Source of the DNA: Myxococcota bacterium
GTDB lineage: Bacteria; Myxococcota_A; Bradymonadia; UBA7976; UBA1532
DNA: 64,000 nucleotides
Direction: 5' to 3'
NCBI GenBank assembly: GCA_036337435.1
Contig: JAYZEG010000024.1
Span: 1-64,000 of the forward strand
In this document: in pieces, positions 1-11,000 of the stretch
Numbering within the stretch: the stretch's first letter is position 1
How the letters are laid out: every line of letters begins with the position of its first letter
Position numbers and translations under genes: made by a program
Notes under the pieces: generated by a model
What the model was told of the DNA's origin: nothing
Seen by the model: only the letters and a program-made list of their open reading frames with translations
Database searches by the model: none

Positions 1-1273
1 CCACGGTCCATTCCCATCTCTCGACGCTTCCACCAGGGTCCATAGACGGCGTTCCATCAAGCGTAATAATATCCAGCGGAGGGACGTCGTAGGTTTCGTT
101 GGTCACGATTGGCACCGGGCATTGGTTGTCGACACCTCGACCGAAGAGATCAACGATATGAGGAGACTCAGGCGCATTGCTATAGATTAAAATCCGCCCC
201 CCGTAGGCTTGCACGTCCGTAGGCCAAAAGCCAACGAGCATTTGGGCAGCCGGGCTGGGTTCATTTGGGAGGGCTGCGGCCAATTGGTAGATGGGGTCTC
301 CCGCAGGTACATCCGGGAGATCAATGGCGTTGAAGACGTCATCGTTTCCTTCGAACTCGACCCGGTCGATTCGGAGAGCCGCGGTACCACAGCTTTCCAA
401 AGTCAAAGGAAGTTGGTTTGGGGTGTCTTCTTCATTTGATTCAACGATGAGACCAGATCCGAACAAAAGTTCTTCTGGAACCACAGCGAGGCAGGGGAGG
501 GCACCATTTGCGATGAGGCTCACGCTAAGTCTCGGTGCATTGATTGCATTGCTTTCGATAACGAGCTCGCTATCAGCTCGCAGCGCACCGGCTGGATTGA
601 AAGTGACTGTGACATCAATGGTTTCATCCGGACGAATGACAATGGGTTCTGCCAAACTGTCGCCCAGCGCATCATTGTTCCCAACGCGGGCCGAAAAGTC
701 AGCGCGCCCTTCTACGCTCATTCGGGTAATCACCAGGTCCGCGATGCCAATGTTTGAGACCGTAAATGTTCGATCAGCCGACTCGTTCACCTCAACACGG
801 CCGAAGTCCAGTGTACGTGGCGTTACAGAGATTTCACCGGCTTGACTTCCAATCTGGATTGGTATGGCCGCCTGAAGGGTATCTGGGTCGTTCGTTGATA
901 GGGTGATTCGGCCGGAGTCCGGAAGATCGTCGCTGGGCTCGTAGACAACCGTCAATGAGATCGATTCATCGCCACCGAGCTCAATCAGTTCAGGAACGGC
1001 CGTCAAGTCTTCACCGGCACCCAAAAACAAGGCCAGTTCATTGGCCGACGACTCGTCTTCAAGTCGGATGTCGCTGAGACGTAAGGTGCCCGAGCCTCGG
1101 TTGGTAATCACAACGGTACTGTCGTCAACTTGACCATTGCCCAACTTGGGTAAGCTAAACTGGGGTGGGTCGACCGAAAAGAGTGGCGTTTGGGTACGTG
1201 TTTGTTCGCTACAAGCGAAGCCAAGCAACAAAGCAATGGCGGACAAGAGTCGTATCGAACATTTTGGCTTCAT
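1..1273 (-). CDS. Surface lipoprotein with Ig-like (choice-of-anchor D/ASH-like) repeats and start of a PKD-like domain; partial, runs off the left edge; paralog of 1404-3572
   Basis: Not in the ORF track. Hand translation from ATG 1273 (SD-like GGAG upstream) gives MKPKCSIRLLSAIALLLGFACSEQ (lipobox). The end reads LFGRGVDNQCPVP..VPPLDIITLDGTPSMDPGG..WEWTV, aligning with LLGRGVLNACPQA..VVPLDVVTLDGTPSIDQDG..YEWVI of the neighbour. Confidence 0.8.
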   Translation of the reverse strand, partial: MKPKCSIRLLSAIALLLGFACSEQTRTQTPLFSVDPPQFSLPKLGNGQVDDSTVVITNRGSGTLRLSDIRLEDESSANELALFLGAGEDLTAVPELIELGGDESISLTVVYEPSDDLPDSGRITLSTNDPDTLQAAIPIQIGSQAGEISVTPRTLDFGRVEVNESADRTFTVSNIGIADLVITRMSVEGRADFSARVGNNDALGDSLAEPIVIRPDETIDVTVTFNPAGALRADSELVIESNAINAPRLSVSLIANGALPCLAVVPEELLFGSGLIVESNEEDTPNQLPLTLESCGTAALRIDRVEFEGNDDVFNAIDLPDVPAGDPIYQLAAALPNEPSPAAQMLVGFWPTDVQAYGGRILIYSNAPESPHIVDLFGRGVDNQCPVPIVTNETYDVPPLDIITLDGTPSMDPGGSVERWEWTV

Positions 1274-1319
1274 TATATCGCTTTCTCCATCAACGAATTA
1301 GTCGGAGTCAATGCCTGAC

Positions 1320-1355
1320 AAAAAAGACCCCGGCCGACAGACGGCACGGGGTCTT
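1320..1355 (-). terminator. Rho-independent terminator between the two lipoprotein paralogs
   Basis: The minus strand reads AAGACCCCGTGCCG-TCTGT-CGGCCGGGGTC followed by a T6 tract, about 50 nt after the stop at 1404. Confidence 0.75.
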
Positions 1356-1403
1356 GCAGTTCATGGTAGTTATTGCAGCCTGATCAGGTCAAGCCGATCG
1401 CGC

Positions 1404-3572
1404 TTAAGGTGCGCTCTCGCTATACAAATCACGGACGACGACTTCACCCGATGGCCAGAAGATTTGCGCCACGTACCAAAAATGGTCTTCAGCGATCATT
1501 TCCTTTTCACCCATTTGTTCGTCGCCTTCGCTGCCCTCATATTCCCAGGCCAGTTCTCCGCGAATATAAATCCTCACGCGTGCGAAGCTCGGGCCATAGT
1601 CGAAGCCTGTTTGCCGACCATGGCTGCTGTAGTAGTAGACGCCGACGAGATACGGTGCACCGAGCAGAGTTGTGTCCTGCGGGTTATTCAAACTCACGTT
1701 TTCAGGACCAGCACCATTGATATCGTCGATATCGAGAGACGGGTCATCGTCAGAGTTCTCTAATTGTCCCCAGTCAGGCGTCGGGTTCAGATAGTAACAG
1801 TCATACGCGTCGACGACTTGTCGATTACCCCAGTTCTCAGCACTTGGGTGAAGGAGATGCAGGTCAAGGTCAGACCCCTCTTCGTCGGTCTCATCTTCGT
1901 CGAGTGGCGTACGCCAAACAAGTTGAACATGAATCGCTTCTTCGGGTTGAGCCACGATCGTGACCACCGCCGGGTTCTCGCAGGCGATTGAGTCAAGACC
2001 CAAGTTGTCCGTTACCCGCAACTCGGCTGTGTACGTACCGGCAATATCGACAAAGAAAAATGAACTCGGCGTCGTTAAGTCGTCCTCAGGCCCATCGTTT
2101 GCGGGCTGTGCCGGATCAAAAAACGATTCGCGAGGTTGCGATGTCGAGCCGTCGGGGCGGCTGGTAATGACCCACTCATAACGAACTGGCCGGTTGTCTG
2201 GCCCGTCTTGATCGATTGAGGGGGTGCCGTCGAGCGTGACTACATCGAGCGGCACAACATTGAATTCTTCTTGCACGGCGCGGGCCTGTGGGCACGCATT
2301 CAGGACGCCACGCCCGAGCAGGCTGACCTCCAGTCGGTACCAACACGGATCCATATCAGTGCCGGCACAGCCTGGATTAACAGGCTCGCCGGTTGGGTCT
2401 GTGCTCTCAACGATGAGCTTACCGTTGTGAATTCTCTGTTCACGCGGTGTGAATTGAATCTCAAGTGGCTGACTCGGTGCTGGTGCTCCGGCGTTTTGGT
2501 CTTCTTGGGTGTAGGCTGGAAGTTGTATTGGAAAGTTGACGCCATCTGGCTCTACCAGGTCAAAAGCGGGGTCGCCCTCGTCGGCCAGATACAGTCGCCC
2601 AATCTTTACAGTGGCTCCACCACAACTCTCCAGAGTCAGTGGCCGTGAATCCGTTCGGTTGACGAGGCTCGTGCGAAATTCTAACGCGGGTGGCGTCACG
2701 TTAAGGCACGGAGTCGCCCCGTTTGCTGTAAGGGTCACATTGACTTCAGGACTTCTCGGGTCATTGCTCGAAATGCTGAGCTCAGCCGTGTCCGGTCCCT
2801 CCACTTGAGGTTCGTAGCGCACGGTGATGGTCATATCATCACCTGGCTGCAAGGTCTGGATAACCTCACGGTCAATACGCCGTGGATCTTTAAGTGTTTC
2901 GCCATCTTGTACCAGCGGGATGAAGTCTTGCGAGCCATTGAGGAGGATCTGGTTGATTTCCAATGGCAGTTGCCCCTGATTGGTGACCACAAAATCGTGT
3001 TCCGCAGTTTGTCCAGCAGCGACTCGTCCGTAATCGTACGAGCCTGGAGAGACCACGATCTCAGGCGAGCCCTCGCTGATGGTGATAGGAATGGTGACGA
3101 TGCCCTCATCACTGTCATTAGTTCTCAGAACGACCCGGCCCTCGGGCGTGCCTTCCGTGCGAGCTACATAGTTGAGGACTAGAAAGACTGATTCTTCCGG
3201 CTGGATGACCATTGGGAGTGCTGTTCGAACATTGTCGTCAGCATCGATCAGTAGATTGGACGGGTCGTCTCGGCCATTTTTAAAATACAGCGTGAAGTCG
3301 TCTCTAAACCGCTGATTATCTCCATCAAACTCGATGGTAAAGCTGCTGATCTGCAGCGCACCTGCACCGACGCTCAATATTTCAACCGTTCGGTCTTCGT
3401 TCGCATCCCTTTGAAGTTTACCGAATTGAAAGATTCCACGCGTATCGATCTCTGCTGTGTCGGCAGCGCGAATCTTGTCATCACAGCCGCTCAGACCGCC
3501 AATGGCCACGACGGCTGCAAGAGCCACATAGAAAGCAGTTGCTATTGTCTGTTGAGGGTTAAATTTAGTCAT
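1404..3572 (-). CDS. Surface lipoprotein: Ig-like choice-of-anchor D repeats, PKD-like domain, C-terminal YfaP/DUF2135-like domain
   Basis: Lipobox LSGC. Repeated 'V.P...F....' and 'L.I.SNDP' Ig motifs. PKD-like 'LDGTPSID..YEW..AGTYTAELRVTD'. C-terminal 'SDLDLHLLHP..PSLDIDDINGAGPENVSL'. Confidence 0.75.
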   Translation of the reverse strand: MTKFNPQQTIATAFYVALAAVVAIGGLSGCDDKIRAADTAEIDTRGIFQFGKLQRDANEDRTVEILSVGAGALQISSFTIEFDGDNQRFRDDFTLYFKNGRDDPSNLLIDADDNVRTALPMVIQPEESVFLVLNYVARTEGTPEGRVVLRTNDSDEGIVTIPITISEGSPEIVVSPGSYDYGRVAAGQTAEHDFVVTNQGQLPLEINQILLNGSQDFIPLVQDGETLKDPRRIDREVIQTLQPGDDMTITVRYEPQVEGPDTAELSISSNDPRSPEVNVTLTANGATPCLNVTPPALEFRTSLVNRTDSRPLTLESCGGATVKIGRLYLADEGDPAFDLVEPDGVNFPIQLPAYTQEDQNAGAPAPSQPLEIQFTPREQRIHNGKLIVESTDPTGEPVNPGCAGTDMDPCWYRLEVSLLGRGVLNACPQARAVQEEFNVVPLDVVTLDGTPSIDQDGPDNRPVRYEWVITSRPDGSTSQPRESFFDPAQPANDGPEDDLTTPSSFFFVDIAGTYTAELRVTDNLGLDSIACENPAVVTIVAQPEEAIHVQLVWRTPLDEDETDEEGSDLDLHLLHPSAENWGNRQVVDAYDCYYLNPTPDWGQLENSDDDPSLDIDDINGAGPENVSLNNPQDTTLLGAPYLVGVYYYSSHGRQTGFDYGPSFARVRIYIRGELAWEYEGSEGDEQMGEKEMIAEDHFWYVAQIFWPSGEVVVRDLYSESAP

Positions 3573-3922
3573 CCATGTTCCCCTTTGAACACCCGAAGTC
3601 CATTACTCAGTCCCGGTGGCACTTTTTTGCGCAAGTAAGCGCTTGATAATATTGACGTTTAGCACAACGCTTCCGCAGTGCAAATTTTTTCACTGCGGCT
3701 CACCTCACCTAAACCGGTTTAATTCCATGGTTTATACGTGCAATGAACAAACATTATGCGCCTCGCCCACTTGCTGTCAAATGGTCCGAGTCAGAAACTT
3801 TATTAGTAGACCGATTCGCTGCGTGGATCGTTGACAGTTCGATGGACGTCTGATAGCCCTGCGGTGCTGATTTTGACAAACTCTGGGCTTTGAAGACCCA
3901 GCTTAAACGGAGTAATTTCTTG

Positions 3923-5218
3923 ATGAGTAAACGGAATTGGTTGTTGAGTAGCATTGCTGCTTTCGCACTTTCGGCAACCGCTTGTGATTCGACGGTCGGT
4001 CTCGATCCGACCCAGCCAACGTTTACAAAGCTGTTGGTTCCAGGTGTTTGTCCAGTCTCTGAAAATCTCTCACAGGTCGGTTTGTCCGTCATGCTCCTTG
4101 ACGGACGTTCTGCCCTGGTCCCGGACAGTCGAATTGCTCGAGAGGTCGGTGTCTTGGGCGAGCTGCTTTCGATTCAGAATTTCAGTTTTGACAAAGCGCC
4201 ACAAGACGAGGGCACTCAGATCAACGACCCTGCCGTTGTCGTGAGCGACGACGGCACACCGGATAAGCGGGGAATCACCTTCGCGCCCGTTGGTTTGAAT
4301 TTTGCCTATCCTGGGTCCGAGACGCGGAAGGACCAGAACAAGCTCGTTGTCTTAATCATGGACCATTCGGGCAGTCTATCTGGACTCGACCCGATGACAG
4401 GCCGACCCGACAACACACTTCGAACGGACTATCGTGATGAGCGAATCTCATTTTTCGATCAATTGGTAGGCGGCCTCCCCAGTGATTACTTCGTGTCTCT
4501 CGTCAAAATGAACGACCGAGGTGGTAACATTACCCAGTGCCCGCCTGCTGAAGCGTGTGGCATGCCGGAGCGGGTCTGCTCTAACCCAACGAAAAACAGA
4601 GATCCGGTCAAATGTGGCCTCCGTTCCCTCCAATTCAACGAGCAGGGTCTGACGCCTATGAACGAAACGTTGAAGCGAGCGATGGAGTCAATTATCCGAC
4701 CGAACGCGGACCCCAGTCGAACCAACGACCCGCTCAATCCCGTTGTCGTCGTGTTCAGCGATGGAACGGAAGAGCGCGATCCGTCGGGCGACTTGTTCGC
4801 CGAAGATGGCGCAGGTCCACTCTATGCGCAGGGGATCAACGGACAGCCCGTTCCGATTATCTTTGTCCACCTGGGCGCCCCGCGCACGAGTCGATTTTAC
4901 GAAGAACCATCTGGGCGCTCACAAGATTTTCAAAGGTTGGCATGTGAGACGGGCGGTGAATACGTCTTCTTGGAAGACGCAGCCGAGTTTCTGGACAACA
5001 GTGACTTACAGGCCGTGGTGTCCAATCGCATCGAGGGTGTTTGGCGCCTGCTGACAGACACGAGCCTCTCCTTCGAACAATTTGAATCGGGTGGATACTT
5101 GATGTCGACGTCAGTGACGGTAAGCCTGGGTGGCAAGCAGCGAACACGGGCCTTGCAGAGAACGGTCGAGTCCAGCGGGGCTGGAGAAGACAGCCGCGTT
5201 TGGATGGTCAAACCTTAA
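3923..5218 (+). CDS. cglB: vWA-domain lipoprotein, CglB-like gliding adhesin
   Basis: ATG 3923 with GGAG SD; lipobox SATAC. MIDAS motif DHSGS, 'TPM' and 'VVVFSDG' vWA motifs, several Cys. First gene of a glt-like operon. Confidence 0.6.
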   Translation: MSKRNWLLSSIAAFALSATACDSTVGLDPTQPTFTKLLVPGVCPVSENLSQVGLSVMLLDGRSALVPDSRIAREVGVLGELLSIQNFSFDKAPQDEGTQINDPAVVVSDDGTPDKRGITFAPVGLNFAYPGSETRKDQNKLVVLIMDHSGSLSGLDPMTGRPDNTLRTDYRDERISFFDQLVGGLPSDYFVSLVKMNDRGGNITQCPPAEACGMPERVCSNPTKNRDPVKCGLRSLQFNEQGLTPMNETLKRAMESIIRPNADPSRTNDPLNPVVVVFSDGTEERDPSGDLFAEDGAGPLYAQGINGQPVPIIFVHLGAPRTSRFYEEPSGRSQDFQRLACETGGEYVFLEDAAEFLDNSDLQAVVSNRIEGVWRLLTDTSLSFEQFESGGYLMSTSVTVSLGGKQRTRALQRTVESSGAGEDSRVWMVKP

Positions 5219-5287
5219 AACACTATTTGGAAAATTAACCAACAGCATCTGGGACAAAGCGTGACCCAGTGAGAATGAGAGCAAACT

Positions 5288-6079
5288 GTGAATAAGATCG
5301 GAATGATTCGTCTCTTACTAACGTTGGCGGTATTTATCGCCGGCTTTGTCAGCACCGCCAATGCCCAAGACGTGGGCGCGGGGACAAGCGGCGCCGAGGC
5401 ACCAGCAGAAAACTCAGCTGAAGCGGCGATGGATGAGGATGACAACGCGTCTGCGGCCGAGAAAGACTTGGAGAAAGACCTTGCCAAGATTTGGGGCAAG
5501 CGCCGTGCGGTTCAGGTCGTACAACGACGGCTCTTTCAAAAGGATGCTCGTTTTGAGGCCGCCGTGTTCAGCGGCATCATCCCGAATGATGACTTTATTA
5601 TTTACTACCCAGTGGGCCTGAGGGCGTCTTATCACTTCTCAGAAGCTTTCACTGTTCAAGGGTCGTTTGCACACGCCATTGACTCGCCGACAGCGCTGAC
5701 ATCGTTTCTCACATCCGACGAAGTTGGCATCGATTTGAAAAGGGCTGACATTCAGGAGTACATCCGTCGGTATTTCAACGTGAACATCCTGTGGGCACCA
5801 ATTTACGGAAAAATTAGTCTCTTAGGATTAAAGTTGAGCCATTTCGAGACCTATGTTGGCATGGGTTTTGGATTCTTTCAGACCCACGAAGTCCCTGCGG
5901 ACAACCCCAGTGGAAATGACAAAACCAAGGCCAGCGGGAATACGATCTTCGGCTTCAGGTGGTTTATCACCGACATGTTCAATATCCAAACTGAATACCG
6001 ACAGTACTTCTTCGAGAAATTCGGCGGCGGCGTTTCAATTCCAGTCGAGCTCACCGTTGGGCTCGGAATCACAATTTAA
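5288..6079 (+). CDS. gltA: Outer-membrane beta-barrel protein, GltA/GltB family (myxobacterial OMP)
   Basis: Signal peptide. Motifs 'VQVVQRRLFQKDARFE', 'NDDF', 'YHFSE' and 'WAPIYGKISL' are typical of the myxobacterial/Bdellovibrio OMP family. Lies directly upstream of the gltC-like gene. Confidence 0.6.
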   Translation: MNKIGMIRLLLTLAVFIAGFVSTANAQDVGAGTSGAEAPAENSAEAAMDEDDNASAAEKDLEKDLAKIWGKRRAVQVVQRRLFQKDARFEAAVFSGIIPNDDFIIYYPVGLRASYHFSEAFTVQGSFAHAIDSPTALTSFLTSDEVGIDLKRADIQEYIRRYFNVNILWAPIYGKISLLGLKLSHFETYVGMGFGFFQTHEVPADNPSGNDKTKASGNTIFGFRWFITDMFNIQTEYRQYFFEKFGGGVSIPVELTVGLGITI

Positions 6080-6090
6080 GGAGGTCGTAC

Positions 6091-8031
6091 GTGTTGCGAA
6101 TCACTCCATTTAATCAAAAATGCGGACGACTCTTGCGGGGCCTGGCAGCTGTTTGTCTGTCGATTGCCCTCATGACATCGAGTGCCCATGCGTCTGATAT
6201 GACCGTTGAGCAGGTCATCGGAATGCACAAGGCGGGCCTACCACCGGCACTCATAAAGCAGACCATCCAGAGCACAGGGGCCAAATTTAGTTTGTCAGTC
6301 TCCGACGTGAAAAAACTGAAGAAGGCAGGCGTCGCTCAGTCGGTCATTGATGCAATGACGCAATCCGGTGGCAGTGCGGCTCCGGCACCTGAGCCAGCAC
6401 CGGCACCAGCCGGTCAACCAGACGAGTTGCAGACTCTTCAAGACCAAGAGGCAGCAGAAGTCAGCCGCATCAAGGAAGAAGCTCGAATCCGTGAAGCGGC
6501 ACGACGCGCAGCCGAACGCGAACGTAAGCGAATGGTCGCAGAGGAAAGACGCCGTGTTGCAGCGGCTCTGAAATCGGCACGAGAAGCTCTTGAAGACAAG
6601 CAATACGCAGTTGCAGCTGTCCAATTTGATACCTTCTTGAAGAAAGCCGATCCAGCGAAAGCGTCAACATGGGATGCCAAATTGGGCATGGCCAAGGCCC
6701 TTTATGGGATGAAACTCTATGGCAACGCAGCCGCCAAGTTCCATGAGGTGCTCGCTGCTGGACCAGAAAGCGAAACCTTCGTAGATGCATTTAATGGACT
6801 ACGTAAATGCTCGAAGCGCGTCGCCTACACGCCCGTAACTTTGGAGGCTTTAACGAAGCATTATGTCGGCGACAAAAAGCAGAAGTTTCAAGATTCTTAC
6901 CATTATTTCCTGGGCAAATTCTTTTTCGATTACAACCGCAACGACGAAGCTAAAGTCTATTTGGATAAAGTTGGGGCCAGTGCAGCGGACTACTCTGAAG
7001 CGCAATATCTACGTGGCTTAATCGGTGTAGCCGAGGCTGACTTCAATAAAGACGATCCAAGTTCGTTTGCACGACTCGCCCGTGTTCCAGGCTATTTTCA
7101 AATGGCCGTAACAACAGCGACGAAGAAAGGCGAATACCGAATCGCCCACTTAGCTTATTTAGCCCTCGCACGAATCGCATACACGCTAGAAGCTTACGAT
7201 GTGGCAATCTTTTACTATCGAAAGATTCCATACGATTCGACGAGTTATGTGAATGCCCTGACTGAGGCGGGGTGGTCATACTTCCTCAAGAACGATCCAC
7301 GACGTGGGTTGGGGATTTTTCATACGCTGGAGGGTCCGGATTGGGAGCGAGAGTTTCTTCCAGATATTCACTTGCTGGAAGCCACTGTGTTCATGAACAA
7401 CTGTCACTTCGATAATGCACGGCGTTCTGTGAAGCGTATTGAGACTCGGTTCCTCGCACTCAAAGAACCGCTCGGAAAGTTCTTGGCTGCCTACCCCGAT
7501 CCAGAAGCTCTGTACAAGGCTTTTGTTCTGAAGCAGGGGAAAGCAGGAGTGAATCTGCCGGATAAGCTGAGGAATGCCGTTATTTCCAACACGGAATTCT
7601 ATGATGGTTATACGTCGGTCACCCAATTTCGCCGTGAGGTTGTCCGAGTCGAAAAAGCGCAGCAAACCCTGGGTGATGACTTGAGCATTCGGTTGCTTGA
7701 GACGGTGAAGGAGCAAAAGCAGAATGGTGCCATTGCTCTGGGCCTCAAAATAAATCAGATCCTGCAAGGGTTGAGGGCTGAATTGGATGAACTTGAGACG
7801 AAGAAAACTGAGATTGAGATCGAAATTGATGACACAGCCTCAGAGGAACTCGAGAAGAAAATAGCCGAGACGTATCAAGGTAAGACTGACCTACAGCAAA
7901 AAGCGAGCGATGAGGCAATCGCCTCAATTTTCGTTGGAGACTTATACGTCACGTGGCCATTCGAGGGCGAGTTCTGGTCCGATGAGGTCAACAGCTATCG
8001 AAGTAAAATCAAGGAAGTGTGCAAGAAATGA
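6091..8031 (+). CDS. gltC: Gliding motility TPR protein GltC-like, with an extra N-terminal small helical domain
   Basis: AAGGAGG SD, signal peptide, TPRs. GltC-type motifs 'ALTEAGWSYF..RGLGIFHTL' and C-terminal 'WPFEGEFWSDEVNSYRS...C'. Confidence 0.75.
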   Translation: MLRITPFNQKCGRLLRGLAAVCLSIALMTSSAHASDMTVEQVIGMHKAGLPPALIKQTIQSTGAKFSLSVSDVKKLKKAGVAQSVIDAMTQSGGSAAPAPEPAPAPAGQPDELQTLQDQEAAEVSRIKEEARIREAARRAAERERKRMVAEERRRVAAALKSAREALEDKQYAVAAVQFDTFLKKADPAKASTWDAKLGMAKALYGMKLYGNAAAKFHEVLAAGPESETFVDAFNGLRKCSKRVAYTPVTLEALTKHYVGDKKQKFQDSYHYFLGKFFFDYNRNDEAKVYLDKVGASAADYSEAQYLRGLIGVAEADFNKDDPSSFARLARVPGYFQMAVTTATKKGEYRIAHLAYLALARIAYTLEAYDVAIFYYRKIPYDSTSYVNALTEAGWSYFLKNDPRRGLGIFHTLEGPDWEREFLPDIHLLEATVFMNNCHFDNARRSVKRIETRFLALKEPLGKFLAAYPDPEALYKAFVLKQGKAGVNLPDKLRNAVISNTEFYDGYTSVTQFRREVVRVEKAQQTLGDDLSIRLLETVKEQKQNGAIALGLKINQILQGLRAELDELETKKTEIEIEIDDTASEELEKKIAETYQGKTDLQQKASDEAIASIFVGDLYVTWPFEGEFWSDEVNSYRSKIKEVCKK

Positions 8032-11000
8032 GTCGGATTACATCGGCTGCCATCATTTTGACCCTGGTCTTGGGTTCCCAGGCAGTCGCTCAAAAACGGA
8101 AAACTGCATCTAGCGATGACGGGCTAGGCGTCGGCGGTCAAAAGGCAAAGAACGTTATTAAACCAGATTCTGGCAAAGATACGTACAAGCCCGAAAACGC
8201 AGAAATTGAGAAACTCGTCACAGGCATGGAAAAACGCCTGTCCAAGGTGCGTCAGCGACAAATCAAAAAGATGCGCGACATCCTGGCCAAGAATCCGCTC
8301 TATCGGAACAAAGCAAATTTGTTGTTCCGCATTGCGGAAAAGGAATGGGACGAGGCCAAATATCGTTATGCTCTCGCCCGGGCCGATTATGAAAAAAGAT
8401 ATGAGGCCTTTCTCAATGAAACGTTGAAGGTCAAGCCGAAGGAGCCCGAAGCAGATTATAGTAAGGCACTCAACGAGTACCAGCAACTCTTGAAGGAATT
8501 TCCCAATTATCGGCGTATAGACGAAGTGATGTACTACCTGGGCAAGGGCCTGATCACGGCCGGCAAGAAACGACAAGGTGCAGCGTACATGCGGAAGATG
8601 TTTCTCGCGCATCCAAGGTCCAAATACAAGACGGCCGCTCACCTTGCGGTGGCAGAATTCTACTTCGATGAAGACCTTCTGACTCTTGCCCAGACACAGT
8701 ACATCGAAGTCCTCAAAGATAAGCAAAGCCCTCAATATCCTGTTGCCTTGTACAAGCTCGGTTACGTGCACTACAACTTACAGGCCTATGACGAGAGCAT
8801 TGCGGCTTTCCAAAAGGTAGTCCAACTCTCCAAGGGGAAAGACAAGCGAAAGATCTACTTTACGAACCAGGCATACTCTGCACTCACCCTCGCCTACGCG
8901 GAGACGACCAATGGCTGGAGAAAAGCACAAGAATATTTCTTCGCACAGGGTGGACACAAGCTGGCCAATGGCAAACTTGAGTCCATAGCGCGGATCTACA
9001 ACAAACAGGACAAAAGCCAAGAAGAGGTCGACGTATACGAGTACCTCATTGGCAACAACAAAGAAGGAAAGAAGGTTCCAGAGTACGCCAGTTACATCAC
9101 GAAGTCGTACAAGAAACAGGAAAAAATGGAAAAGGCCGAGGAAACCATCAACCGCTTTGTCAAGTTTCTAGACCCAAAGCGGAAATGGTACTCCATCAAC
9201 AGTCAGTATGAGGAACCTCGAATTCGCTCAAATCAATATCGCGAAGAGGAAATCGATTGGCTAATTACTCGCTTTCACAAAAAAGCGCAGGAGTCCGAGA
9301 AAAAGAAGGACTTGGAGAAGGCGAAGGTCTTCTACGATAAAGCCGTCGTATACTACGAGCAGTATATTGAGTTATTCCCGAAGTCGAAGTTCATCTACGA
9401 GTATGAATTCTTCCTAGCTGAGATTTACTATTTCCAGATGAAGAAGTGGGAAGATGCAGCTAAGCATTATCGGCGTGTTGTTGAAATTGACCCGAAGGGC
9501 AAATACTCCAAAGAGTCTGCTTATGCAGTCATTTTGGCCAAACAGGAGAAAATGGTTGATGCCGGGTTAATTAAGGGGACTGAGAAAACCGGTAAGAAGG
9601 GTAAGAAGCGAAGTCGGATTCAAAAGGCAAGTGTAACCTATGTCAAGACCGATGAAACCGATGACTTTAAGCCGATTCCAAAGAAGGACCTTCAACCTTT
9701 ACAAACTGATTTTCTGGAGGCGTGTGCTTTTTATGTGGACACGTATCCCAAAGATAATCGGGTTCCGGAGGTCTCTTTCCTCTCAGCTGAAATTTGGATT
9801 GATAGCGGGCACTACAAGGAAGGCGTCAAACGTCTCGAAGTACTTCTGGAGTACCACTCCAAGCACAAGTTCGCCGGCCATGCCGCAGCAAAGCTCTTTG
9901 ATGCCAACTACCGTTTGAGGGATTGGGACCAGATGGAACGTTGGGGCCGCTATATGCTCCAAAAGAAGAACTTCAAGGTTCTGTCGAAGAAGAAGTTACT
10001 CGGTGTAATCGCGATTTCTATTAATGAATACGCAACTGAACTCAATAAAAATGGTGAAAAAGACAAAGCGGCGAAAGAAATGCTCCGCTTCGTTGGCGAG
10101 TTTCCGAAGCATGAAAAGGCACCGATAGCCTTGTTCAATGCAGCGGCCATTACCGAGCAGGCCGAGCGAACTAAAGATGCAATTAATCTGTATGAAAAAG
10201 TCATTCGTGATTATGAGAAATCACCTCAGGCGACAGAATCCCATTGGGTTCTTGGTCTCCTGTATGAAAGCCAGACCGACTTTGAGACGGCCGCTAAATA
10301 TTTCGAAAAAATGGCATCCTTCCCTGATGTGCCTCAGATGGCAGACGCATTGTACAACGCGGGCTCAATTAGGGCGGCACTCGAACAATTCGATCAGGCG
10401 ATTCAAATTTTTGAGACCTTCGCTGCAAAGTTTCCGGAGAATGAGACCACACCCGAGCTCATCTTGGAAATTGGCCGAATTCAAGAGAAACAGAAGCAGT
10501 GGACAGCTGCGACTAAAACTTACAACCGATACTTAAAAACCTTTGGCAAGAAAAAGTCAGAAATGGTTCCAGGTATTTTCTTGAAGAAAGCACTTATCAT
10601 CCAGCGTGAAGGCGGCAAGCGTACACGGGCTCGGGCCACTGCAGAGCTCAAAAAAGCTGAGAAGGCCTACGGAAAGCTCGATGAGAAAGGTAAGGAGAAC
10701 GCAGAAGTTCGTCAGGCAATGGCGAAGATCATGTTCCTCCTGGCCGAGTACAAGTACGATGACTTCGAGGCAATTCAGCTCAGCTTTCCTGAAAACAAAT
10801 TGAAGAAAGGTTTGGTCGCGAAGGCAAAGCTGTTAGGTGAGTGCGAAAAACTTTTCTTCGAGGTGACAAAGTACAAGGCCTGGCATGTATCGGCCGGTGC
10901 TTTGTATCGAATCGGTGAGTCATATTACCTGTATTCGAAGAGCCTATTCGATCTGCCCATGCCTCCTGGTTTGAGTGAAGACGAAGAATTTACGTATCGA

